Below are positions 10,635 to 22,035 of a DNA stretch of 64,000 nucleotides, in pieces. The stretch lies in contig NW_027191468.1 in NCBI RefSeq assembly GCF_011745625.1, forward strand, positions 310,001-374,000, read 5' to 3'. The DNA is from Cladosporium halotolerans (lineage: Eukaryota). The translations under genes and the position numbers were made by a program. Each line of letters opens with the position of its first letter. Within the stretch, counting starts at the first letter, position 1. Under the pieces are notes generated by a model. It saw only the letters and a program-made list of their open reading frames with translations. It made no database searches and was not told the DNA's origin.

Positions 10635-11683
10635 AACAGCTCTGCTCTTACATTATGCGCTCTCGAAGCTACGGGCAACAGCCCACGTCCCGCCGACGTT
10701 TCGGCATGAGAAACGCCCCTCACTAAACCCGATCCAGCGGAATTTGTACACAATTACCCATTCCGAGCGTGTCTTTCGGATTAATTAACCATCATATAAG
10801 AGAAGCTTGCTGCTGACGGCACATCGCTACCGAAGCGCTAGCAGCGCCTCTCCGCGCGACCTCTGTAATCATCCATAGCAACGGATTCCCTCCGCACCAA
10901 ACCACACACATTTCCAGTGCTTGGGTAAGCGTGATAAATCTGCCACCCGGATTCCACATCCAGCTAGGCGGGCAGAGACATCCTATCAGGCCTGCTATCC
11001 GAGCTACTCCGGCCAGGTCCGAGTCGCATGCCCAACAATAGAGGACAAAGCTCTTGTGGAGCATTCTGAGTGCGGCGCTTGCGGTACCTGCATAATCTGG
11101 CTAATTAGTCCGGCCACTGCCACATCGCAGCACGACAACCGTGGAACGCACCGCGGAGCTGAACGCGGAGGCGGTCAACGATCACAGTATCGTGCCCACC
11201 AGTTCTCCGGAAGTCTGTGGCATGACTCTCTTTGGTGGAAATGACCTTTCAAGTCCTCTAATAAGAGATGGTAGAACTTCAAGCTCGATCTAGATTACGG
11301 AGGGGTTTCGTAAATGCTGAGAGTATCCAGCTATTCCCAATATACATCAATATATCACCGTACTACCACCTCTCCTGGACCCCCTGAAGGTGGCTTTCCG
11401 GTGGAGGACCTACTAAGGTGCTGGCTGGTAGGCCACAAAATTCCAGATACGTGGTGAGCGGGGATCGCTCGGAGCATGGGCCGCTGGAGGCTGGCGGCGC
11501 TGGCCTACCCTGACTTCACATTGACTGCTTGGTGCTTGCCTCTTTGGGAAATTCCCGCCACCCATTCTTTTCTGAGTTTGCCTCCATTCAAGGGCGCTTC
11601 ATTTGTATTCTGTGTCGCTGGTGCTGTGAGCTTCGGTAAAAAACGGCGCCAACTGTCTTGGCCTTTCCAAGCGCGTTTCCATC

Positions 11684-12598
11684 ATGGCGTCCGACGAGGA
11701 AGAGGACGACTACCTGACCATGACCTTCGATGAACCCAGCACAACCAGAAAAGAGACCTCTCTGCAGAGAACCGCGCGGCTGAAGAAAGAAGCAGCCGAG
11801 CGTGGTCGCATTCCATCCAAGGCTGAAAAAGAAGCTGCCGCGGCCGCTGCACGAGAAAAGGCTCTTGCCACCGAGCTTGATTCTTCCAGCAAGGGCGCCA
11901 AAATGATGGCAAAGATGGGCTTCAAAGCGGGTGGAGGTCTCGGTGCTGCGGGTAATGAGGGGAGAATCCGGCCTATAGAGTTGGGGATGAAGGACGACAA
12001 GGGTGGTATCGGCGCAGATTCGGAAAAGAAGAGAAAAATCAGGGAGGCGGCGGCTCAAGCTGACGAAGGGGTGAAAAGGACTAAGATCAGTGAGGAGGAG
12101 TTCAGGGAAAGAAATGTCAAGGAGAGGGAGGAGAAGAGGGTTGAAGGTTTGTGGCTTGGAGCCATGAAGATCTTGGAAGGATTTGAAGAGGATGGCGATG
12201 TCGATCAAAAAGACGGCATTGGTCCTGGTGGCAAAGGCCATTCGACGAAGCGGCTGATGAAATCAGTCAACATTCTCTACCGTCCATTGGTCAAGGAAAG
12301 GCTGGAAAAAGAGCGTGATCGCCGTGCACGCTACGACCTTACGCAATCGCTATCCAGGAACGAGGAATATACGGAAGAAGACGCTCATGACAAGCTTGCA
12401 TTGGGTGACGAGGTACAGGAACTTGATGAAGAGGATTCCGAGCTCGAAGAATACCAGGGCCTCCCAGCGACTGAGAAGCTTGACAACGTGGTCAAGCATC
12501 TGCGAGAGAAGTACTGGTACTGCTTCTGGTGCAAGTATCGTTACGAGGACGAGGGAATGGAAGATTGTCCGGGCCTGACCGAGGATGAGCATGGATGA
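11684..12598 (+). CDS. G-patch domain protein (GPATCH11/Cmg1-like, C-terminal DUF4187-type Cys motif)
   Basis: SKGAKMMAKMGFKAGGGLG...GRIRPIEL...GGIG G-patch, and C-terminal HLREKYWYCFWCKYRY...CPGLTEDEH. Confidence 0.9.
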   Translation: MASDEEEDDYLTMTFDEPSTTRKETSLQRTARLKKEAAERGRIPSKAEKEAAAAAAREKALATELDSSSKGAKMMAKMGFKAGGGLGAAGNEGRIRPIELGMKDDKGGIGADSEKKRKIREAAAQADEGVKRTKISEEEFRERNVKEREEKRVEGLWLGAMKILEGFEEDGDVDQKDGIGPGGKGHSTKRLMKSVNILYRPLVKERLEKERDRRARYDLTQSLSRNEEYTEEDAHDKLALGDEVQELDEEDSELEEYQGLPATEKLDNVVKHLREKYWYCFWCKYRYEDEGMEDCPGLTEDEHG

Positions 12599-14352
12599 GA
12601 AGGCCACAGACTGTCATCGTAAAAGTCAAAGTCTCCGCTTGCCATAACATTGTGTCAGATCACACGCTGGTACTGCAACAGAAACTCTGGATCAAGACTC
12701 TTCATGGCGTCATGGAGCATTTAAATTGCACACATGGTGAAAGGTGACACGTTTACACCGTGTTTCCGGTAACCACGCTCGACTCTGCGTTGGTATTTGA
12801 CTTTGAGGGATTGGATTCACCAGTCCAGCCACGTTGAACCTGCCAAACTGGTTTCTTGCCCTAGTGCAATGCGTCCGCGGCATCTGTAGCCTTGAGCCTG
12901 AAGTTGGCCATGGTCTCCTCTCCAGATCCCATACAGCCGAAGGTGTCATTGTCTTTTCCCAGTGATGGCTGACAGACCAGCGAACTCTAGAATAATCCGT
13001 CCAGCACCTGATATTGTCGGAAAACTCTTCGTCAGTCTTGCAAAACGACGGAACAAGCCAGTTGCGGGTAGCACCAGGGTCCACCTGGTAATCACAAGTG
13101 ACCTTGTCTCCAAGTCGACAATCTTGTCATTCAATTTGTATTAGAATCGTTGCTTCAAGACTGTTCCCGCAAAAGGTCCTCTCAGCATATTCGAATCATC
13201 CCGCCAAAATACCGGAGGATTGTCCCGAATGTCTGGATACTCGTGTCATCCGTGAACCTTTTGATGATTAGATCTTCAACGAACCGTAAGACACCGATGG
13301 CAGTGTTTTCTCTATTCCCGTCTTCGGTGGTCGATCATGCATTGCTGTTTGATGGAATCCAGCTGCCAGAATCATCTTCGCAAGCTCTTGTATCTCACTG
13401 CGAAAGCATGGCCCCAACATTGAGTAAGATATCCGCAATACGGGTGACAGGTAACCGCAGCTATCCTTGTATCGTCACTCCTCAATGAACTGCGGTCTGA
13501 GGTACAGATGATGGCGATGCGATGAGAGGAGGAAGTAGATGCTTCGTATCGCAGAAGCCCATTCACTTCGTCAGAGCATCTCTGGCGAGAAGTCGCATAC
13601 TGATTCCTGATTTAGCTACATCAACATGCAAATCATGAGGCGACTTGCGCTTGTCACATGCTTTACGCGTGCCGGGGGCTTTCACGAATCCAGAATCATT
13701 TGAGGGCATACAGTGAAGCAAAAAGTAAACATGTTGTAATCATGTCAACTCGCTTGCAATACAAGCGCCCCGGACTGAGCGGTAAATTGGCGCCAAACGA
13801 AACAGTGGTTCTGGCTGAAGGATTTCCGGCGCCTAAGATCATCGTGTATATGGAAACCTGCAAACCTGATTGGCTCTCCACGCGAGTATGCCTGCCGCCC
13901 GTCATGTTCCTCGTCAGCGCTGCCATGGGAAAAACATTCTTAGCATTGTCACGAGCCTTGCGAGCCACCAAGGTACTTTAAACGATTGCGACCGCTCATT
14001 TTGGGCAATTGGCTTTGGAAGCATGCGCAAAGTCATGGACAACGGCGGCAAGAGCATAAAGATTTGCATAGCTGCAGCACCGAAATAATCAAAAGCGAAA
14101 TCCAGCGATGAAGGTATGCTGGTGGTGATAAGTAAGCGCCGCATCCATCCACGTACCGTGTGAGCGCGTGCAAGTCCCATTTTGTTCAAGCACTTGCTTA
14201 ATCTACCGAAACAGAACGACGCAGGCATGCGGCGTAGCATCAGCCAGGGGAAGTGGAGATCTTGGGCTCTGGCGTCTAGCTTGTACCATCTTCATACCAG
14301 GTCAAAGATGCTGTTCTACTACAGCCTTGAGCTCTCTTTTGCATGAGTGACC

Positions 14353-16154
14353 ATGTCGCTCGATTTGCTATACCTGTGCCTTGCACTCATTGGGACGACG
14401 GCGGCGGCATGCAACAATCCACAGCCTTTGTCAATACCAATTACAGATGTGCTGCTGTCGAACGGACATAGTATGCGAGGCGTGCCACTGTCTATCGGAA
14501 GCCCACCGCAGAACATATCATTTCTGCCACACAAGTTCGTCATCTCTTGAATGGATCGTGTCGGAGCTGACATTCGTCCACCAGCGTTCTCAATAATACA
14601 TGGGCTTACAATACAAGCGCGCCTGCGTGCTTTAGCAAAACGACCGAGCCCCAATGTCAGACCGTACGCGGCGGTACTTACGACCCCACCTTATCGACGA
14701 CGGCCTCGGACAACCTTGATGTAACGGAAGCTGGCGGTGATACAAGTGACACGGCGCGTGCTGTCGGCATACACATCTGGGAGAGCGTGTGGGCAAAAGA
14801 CACAATTTCCTTAGGGAATGCCACTTTGACCGACTTTCCCATCGGGATGCCTGGGTTCGACTATGGCGGCAGGGAGGGTGCGCAAGCCAACATCGGCCTT
14901 GGGCGGAACTCGACATTGCTGAACACGCTCCGCGACGAAGGAAGGATATCATCACGGACTTACTCCTTCTGGTGGGGGCGCAATAGTGCCTCAGAATCGC
15001 TTTCCATGGACGGTCAGCTCGTACTGGGTGGCTACGATGCAGCGAAGGTGACTGGACCAAATATCACGCAGAAGCTGATGCCTTCAACTGCAAATTGCCA
15101 ATCGGGCATGTATCTCACCATAACCAACATGGTTCTGGGATTCCCGAATGGGACGAAATCGGATATGTTAGCACCGTCGATGCTGTCGGCTTGCATCTGG
15201 CTGGACTGGCCAGCGATCACCTCGCTTCGATACGATCCATTTGTGTACCGTTTTGAAACCGCCACCGGCACCTCCAGAGCCGAAAACCTGGCCAAGTTAC
15301 CCTGGGATGTTGCGGCGTACAGAATCGCTGGCGAGTAAGTGAGGTCATCGTCCCATCACAATCCTTTACTGACGGATCGCAGGTATGGAGGAGATTTAAC
15401 CATGATCACTGACCAGGGGTCCGAATTCACCATCTCCAATGACATCCTGATATTGCCGGAGCAGTCCGTCGCGCCGGATGGAGCTTTCCAGACTAACTCC
15501 TCTGCTCCGGCGATTATGATGATCCCAACCTGGGAGATTAACGCGAATGATGTGCCCAAGATAGGCAGGCCGTTCTTCTCTGCGGCATACCTCATGGTGG
15601 ATCTCGATGCAGAGACGTGGACTCTCTGGCAAGCGAATGCGACCACCGATTCTCATCTTGTAAGCATCGGAGGCGATTGTGCTGAGAAGCCCAAGGTCAA
15701 TGCTTCACCGCCAATATTACCGGAAGACGATCATTTCACGCCAGAAGGAGCCAATTCCAGTACGACGACCGAAGATGTGTTATCCAACAATGCCACAGTG
15801 GAGGACGAGCCAGCAAAAGTGATATCCACGGGAAGCGTCGTGGGTATCGCTGTCGGAGCTGTTGGAGGTGTAGGCTTGCTAGTCGGTGCACTTGTAGTAT
15901 ACTGCCTGAGGAAACGGCGTCGAGTGGGCCGTTCTGAAAGCGAGGCTGATATCGCTTCGACGAAGTACGGACATGAATCCGCTCAGTCGACGCCAATGTG
16001 GTACGAGAAGTCTGGTCTCTCAATCCAAAAATTATCGGCCTTGCAACTCGACACACATGAGCTGTCCGTCAACGAAAGGCGAGCTGAAGTGCCTGGTGAT
16101 ACTTCCAACCGGAGGCCATTCGAGTTGGCAGCCGTGCAAACTCCTAGAATTTAG
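14353..16154 (+). CDS. Type I membrane protein with pepsin-like (aspartic peptidase) fold, probably non-catalytic; 3 exons
   Basis: Signal peptide, SIGSPPQNISF, DTISLG, IGLGRNSTLL...ISSRTYSFWWG, GQLVLGGYDAAK, IGRPFFSAAYLMVD and a TM helix (VVGIAVGAVGGVGLLVGALVVYCL-RKRRR). Introns at ~14535-14584 and ~15334-15383 join in frame. Confidence 0.85.
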
Positions 16155-16770
16155 ACCAGCGGTTGAGGCGGACATGATAGAAGCAAACTGTTCCATGAGA
16201 CTACTTAATCTGGTCTTCCTTGTTTCAACATCGTCTCAAGGGTTAGCACAACGCCGAGCACAGAGCTTGAATGCCGAGTTTGCTATCATCCGTCGTGGCG
16301 CAAGAGCGGGGTCAAACGCGACGAAGATCCGTCGGAGTTCGCAACAACGAAGCCAGCATCGATCACACAAAGTAATTCCATCCGAGGATACCTTATCACC
16401 TCCATCGTCGGCGTATACTCTGCACTACTGCAAGGTGCCACGGCGATGCAACGTGGGAGGCTGCCGCCAAGTGAAATGACGCTGATTATCCGAGAAGCTC
16501 CAGCGTTGATCCTCTTGCCCAGCGCCGCGATGCCAGAGACAGCAGGTCGATATCAACTTTGGCAACTTTCGCTTTCGTGCTTCTCCACAACTCCGCATTG
16601 AACCCTGGTCCTCATGCTGTCACCGTCGTTTGCCAAGCGAGTATCGCGGTGGCAGTTTGCGGTGCACAGAAGGGCCGAGGTGGTGGAAGGCGGATATATA
16701 TATACACGACGATGTTCATCAAGGTGGAAGGTAAGGACGGGCCGGAATAGAATCTCTCCCTAAAGCCACC

Positions 16771-19012
16771 ATGCGTTATAGTACATCGTTGTTGCTGGCC
16801 ACGCCGGTTTTTCCTTCCCTGGTCTTGGGATGCCAACGGGACCGCCACTTCCACACTCCAAACCTGTTGAAGAGACAGTCAACTCCACTCGCAAGCCGCT
16901 CCGCGAATGAACAGACCATCATTGACTCGTTCTCAAATAACTCCATCTCGGATTGGTCATACTATTACACCCATGGCGACCATGTTGCAGGACGTAACAA
17001 GAGCCAAGCCCAGTGGACGGCCGACAAGTGGACAGAGGCTGGTATTCCCTCAAGCCTGGCTGAATACACAGTGTTCCTGAATTATCCGCTGAATAACTCC
17101 CTGTCAATGACCTATGCCAATGGCAGCGTTTTCCACGCTGGCCTTGTCGAAGATGTTCTGGAGGAAGACGATACTACCACCTGGGACAACCGCCTCCCAA
17201 GCTTCCACGGCTATTCCGCCACCGGCAGTGCCAGCGCTGAGTTCGTCTACGTCGGTCTAGGTACCCAACGTGACTACCAGAGACTTGCGGATCTGGGCGT
17301 CGAGCTTGAAGGCAAGGTTGCGTTGGCCAGATACGGCAGCATCTTCAGAGGACTGAAAGTGAAGAACGCACAAGACCGCGGCATGGTGGCCTGTCTGATC
17401 TACACTGACCCTGCTGAGGACGGTAATGTCACGGTTGCAAATGGCTATGAGGAGTATCCCAACGGCGGTGCCCGCAACCCTTCTCAGGTGCAGAGAGGCA
17501 GCGTTCAGTTCCTTTCAACCTATCCTGGCGACCCATCGACTCCGGGATATCCATCAAGGGAGAACTCGACCCGTGCAGACATGTCTGATGTCCTTCCACG
17601 GATCCCATCGATCCCCATTTCGGAGAAAGATGCCAGGCCGCTGATTGCAGCTTTGGAGGGTCATGGCGTCCCAGGTGCCGAGGTCAACCGTACTGGTTAT
17701 GTTGGCGCTATCAACGGTTCGTCCTACAGCTCTGGTCCCGCACCCGGAGTCACCTTGAACGTACAGAACATGATGGAGGAGGTTTACACCCCGATCTGGA
17801 ACAGCATTGGTGTGATCAACGGCACGAACCCCGATGAGACCATCATTATTGGCAACCACCGTGATGCGTGGATCATTGGTGGAGCCGGAGGTAAGTTGCT
17901 TGTCTCTCGAGGCATATTCTGCATCGATGTTCGATCCTAACCACCGCAATCTACAGACCCAAACTCAGGAACTGCCGTGATCGTTGAACTCGGCCGCGCA
18001 TTCGGCAAACTGCTCGCCCAAGGCTGGAAGCCGAAGCGCAACATCGTCCTTTGCTCTTGGGATGCCGAAGAATATGGTCTAGTCGGATCAACCGAATGGG
18101 TTGAGGAATACATTCCTTGGCTTACCGGAACCGCCGTATCATACCTCAACATCGACATTGCCGCAAGCGGACCCCATCCCATGATTGCTGCCACACCGGA
18201 ACTTCATAAGGTCGCGACCGATACCATGAAGAAGATCGCGTGGCCTTTCACCAATCGCACAATGTACGACATTTGGAATGAGGACACGAACGGCACGGTT
18301 GCCGTCCTTGGAAGTGGAAGTGATTACACAGCTTTCGTCCACAGGGGCATCGGTTCGATTGACATGGGCTCTGATGGGGGCCCCGGCGATCCCCTCTACC
18401 CTTACCACAGCAATTACGATTCTTACCACTGGATGGCAACGTTCGGCGACCCTGGCTTCCACCACCACGCTGCTATGGGCGAGTATCTTTCCCTCCTCGC
18501 GTACAACCTCGCGTCTGAGGAACTGATCCCATTTGACCTGCCAAACTATGCCGACCAGATGGACAAGTACTACGAGGACTTGAGCGAAGTGATCAGTGTC
18601 AGCTCCGGCAACCTCAGCATCTCGGACCTGCGCGCTGCTATCGACACTTTCCGGTCACAGGCACAGGAAGTCGTTCAGCTATCTCAGCAGGCTGTCAGCA
18701 GCAACGACACCGCCCTCCTGCAAGTGGTCAATCACAAGTACAGGGATTTCCAGCGTGGCTTCACCTCCCAGGGAGGTTTGGTAAACAGAGAGTTCTACCA
18801 GCACACTATCTTCGCGCCTGGTATCGATACTGGTAAGTTTCGATGAAACCAACTTGTGCGAATCGTCGTTAACATGTTCAACAGGCTATGCACCGGTCAC
18901 CTTCCCTGGCATTACCGAAGCCGTCGAGGCTGGTAACTTTACTCTTGCGCAAGAGTGGGTGCTAAAGACAGCTGCAGCGATCAGGGTCGCTGGAAATATC
19001 ATCAAGACCTAG
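16771..19012 (+). CDS. Secreted glutamate carboxypeptidase II-like M28B peptidase (PA + M28 + TfR dimerisation domains); 3 exons
   Basis: Signal peptide, RYGSIFRGLKVKNA, YPGDPSTPG, GNHRDAW..GAG|DPNSGTA, SWDAEEYGLVGSTEWVE, GSGSDYTAF and YHSNYDS. Last exon is GYAPVTFPGITEA...IIKT-TAG. Confidence 0.93.
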
Positions 19013-19365
19013 ATTCATTGGGGAAACCTACGTGACACGAGATGGAAGTTTTGATAACGATTGACGTTTTTGGTCGCAAGACAGGACGATGGGACGACGA
19101 ATGACGATTATAGGAAGGGGCAAACTATCCTTAATTCTTAAACCATAATTACGGCTCAAACCATGCTCTTTCCACACTCTTGGTTACCAGACTGCTCTCA
19201 GTCGCCCCGCAACCTCACAAAAAGCATTCAGGAAGCTATCGTCAGGTAACCGAGGTTAGATACAGGTATCGACCTCAACCTTACTTCACCACGGACATTG
19301 TCACTCAAACGCCTCTAAATCACATGCAATAAACCATCTGACACAAAGATATCCATACCACCAAA

Positions 19366-19819
19366 ATGCAACTCATCCACGCCTCCCATAAGCCCTCGAC
19401 CCCCTCTAAGCAGCCCACGGAAACTTTCACAGGCACTGTACACATGGACCCGATCTTCACGGCCGACGACTGCATGGGCAACAACGTCTGCTTCACGCCC
19501 GGCGCACGCACTTTCTGGCACACGCATGAGCGCGGCCAGATCTTGACCGTGACTATGGGGACAGGCTTTGTGTGCACGAAAGGTGAGGGGCCCAAGAGGC
19601 TCAGGGTTGGTGATATGGTGCATGTGCCGGCGGGCGAGACGCATTGGCACGGTGCGACGGGGGAGACGGTTATGGCCCATACGGCTATCTCGTTGGGGAG
19701 TAAGTGTTTGTTGCCTTGTGAATTTGTGGATTGGATGCAGCTAATCGCGTGTAGAGACTTCTTGGGGCGAGGAAGTGCCACAAGCGGAATATGAGAAGGC
19801 GCATCAGGTCGCTGAATGA
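19366..19819 (+). CDS. Small RmlC-like cupin (cupin_2) protein; 2 exons
   Basis: FTGTVHMDP, FTPGARTFWHTHERGQIL and GDMVHVPAGETHWHGA. An intron at ~19700-19754 gives the C-terminus ETSWGEEVPQAEYEKAHQVAE. Confidence 0.88.
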
Positions 19820-20579
19820 TCGGTCAGATCAATTGGAAAAGCATGTCTTTCTCGCGAAGTTTTATCGCTGGCCTCGATCATCAACGCTGGCAATTGCTCT
19901 ATATCGTTATTTAAAGACTGTTTCTAAAATGATTGAGATCTTGATGAATGAAGCCGCCGGAGGTCTTAGTAAGAACGTCTGATCGTTGACTATCGTCCGA
20001 GGTTCGCGATAATGCCAATTTCCAAAATGTACATCTTGTTAAGATTAGCTACGTTTACCTTCAATTTATCAAAAAAATCTCAGGGGGATTCGAGATGAAC
20101 GAGATGAACGGAGTTGCCATCCAAGCATGGACGCCGCTGACCTCATCAACCAGCAATTGCCGGCTGGGGGTGGGGCGCTGAGGGACCTGCGTTAGCGCGT
20201 GTGTTCAAATGTCCGACCCGAAACGCGTTCTACCATCGATTGTCCACATGGTTTTCACGAATGACCGCAATCATGGCCGGACCAACTCTGGATAGGTCAG
20301 CCAAAATACTTCGTCTCGAGAAGATGGCTTCAGTATCCGCATGGAAGTATATCTGACCGGGAGCACCTCTTATGGTGGAACAAAGCACCTTCGGACTTGC
20401 CGCACGGATGATGCTTACAAGACTCCGACACCTTGTAGTACTTAGCATGCAAGCTATAGAGGGCCCATGCGAGATGTAATACGTCTGCGGTAGGTCCTGG
20501 AAGCTCCCCATCCTCGTCTCTAACGTCTTCAGCCTCTACCATCGCCGGACCATCCCCAGAAACACTACCACACCTCACA

Positions 20580-21881
20580 ATGGGCTCCGCACCGCCAGAC
20601 CGCAAGATCAAGATCGCGATAGCCGGCGGCGGCATCGCAGGCCTGGCACTGGCCGCCGGACTCGCGAAGAAATCACACCTCGAAGTCCACGTCTACGAAG
20701 GCGTCCCAGAATACAAAGATGTAGGCGCGGGTCTGGCACTGCACATGAACGCGATCAAAGCGATGGCGCTCATCGGCCCCGAAGTCAAGCAAGTCTACTT
20801 CGACAAAGCGTTGAGCCAAGGCGACGAAGAGACGGAAATGGTCACAGAAGTCATCCTGGGCGAGGGCCCGAACCAAGGCGAACTCGTCGCAGAGCTAGGA
20901 CGAGCCAAAGGCAGGAAAACCGTCGCGCGCTCCGACCTGCTCGACGGCCTCCTCCAACTCGTCCCTAAAGACTGCATCACCTTCGGCAAGAAGCTCGACG
21001 CCATCACCGAAACCCCCGACGCCCCTAACGCCGTCCACCTCACCTTCAAAGACGGCTCCACCGCCCAGGCCGACTGCCTCATCGGCGCCGACGGCATCCA
21101 CAGCGAAACCCGCAAACACCTCCTCGGGCCCTCCCATTCCGCCACCGCCCCCGTCAACCACGACGGCTGGCAAATCTACCGCACCATGGTCCCCACCTCC
21201 GAAGCCCTCAAGCACATCAACGAGAAATGGACCCGCTGCGTGCCCATCCTGCTCGGCCCCCGGGGGCACGTCAACTGCATCCCCGTCAACAAAGGCACGC
21301 GCCTGTCCGCCGGCGTCGCCGTGCGCGGCGCCAAATTCTCCGCCGGCGGCGCCCCGCCTCTCGACCCAGCCCTCTACGCCAACTACAGCGAGGACGCGCG
21401 CAAGATCGTCGCGCTCGTCGCGCGCGACACCTCCGCCTCCTGGACCGCCGCCGACCACGACCACGCGCCCTTCTACCACCGCGGCCGCGTCGCGATGATC
21501 GGCGACGCCGCGCACGCCAGCATGCCGTTCGCCGGCAACGGCGCGGCGCAGGCGCTCGAAGACTCGGCCGTCTTGGACGCGCTCTTCGCGCAGCTCGCTG
21601 ACGCCTCGCAGATCGCCGCGGCTTTCGAGGCCTACGACACGGTGCGGCGGCCGCGGTCGCAGAAGGTGGTCGATCTGGCGCGGCAGTTCGGCCGCGTGTA
21701 TGCGTATGCTGAAGACGGGATGCACGAGGATCCGGCGCGCATGAAGCAGTTTTTCGCCGGGGCGGCGGCGTTCACGAATAATGCGGATTTGCAGCGGCAG
21801 AATGATGATGCGGTGGGGTTGTTTAGGGCGGCTGTTGGTGGGGGGAGCGAGGGCGTGGGGGATGCGGTTGAGGTTGTGTAG
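20580..21881 (+). CDS. FAD-dependent monooxygenase, salicylate hydroxylase-like (class A flavoprotein aromatic hydroxylase)
   Basis: IAIAGGGIAGL, LIGADGIHS and MIGDAAHASMPFAGNGAAQALED motifs; intronless, 433 aa. Confidence 0.93.
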   Translation: MGSAPPDRKIKIAIAGGGIAGLALAAGLAKKSHLEVHVYEGVPEYKDVGAGLALHMNAIKAMALIGPEVKQVYFDKALSQGDEETEMVTEVILGEGPNQGELVAELGRAKGRKTVARSDLLDGLLQLVPKDCITFGKKLDAITETPDAPNAVHLTFKDGSTAQADCLIGADGIHSETRKHLLGPSHSATAPVNHDGWQIYRTMVPTSEALKHINEKWTRCVPILLGPRGHVNCIPVNKGTRLSAGVAVRGAKFSAGGAPPLDPALYANYSEDARKIVALVARDTSASWTAADHDHAPFYHRGRVAMIGDAAHASMPFAGNGAAQALEDSAVLDALFAQLADASQIAAAFEAYDTVRRPRSQKVVDLARQFGRVYAYAEDGMHEDPARMKQFFAGAAAFTNNADLQRQNDDAVGLFRAAVGGGSEGVGDAVEVV

Positions 21882-22035
21882 TGTTGATGATGATGATTTG
21901 ATAGTACTCATTTGTAAGGATGAAAGCCGAATCTATTTTGGCCATGAATGATTTGATATGAAAAGTACACAATATACAACCCGTCTTTTTACCCACCCCA
22001 AACGCTCAAATCGGAATTACCTAGGCCAGCCTCAC

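Noticed and set aside
12600..14340. 1.7-kb gap with many short ORFs; YLTQCWGH loosely recalls a HET-domain motif
   Set aside because: No further HET motifs and no consistent frame or splice pattern. It may be a decayed gene, but I cannot support a call without a translated search.
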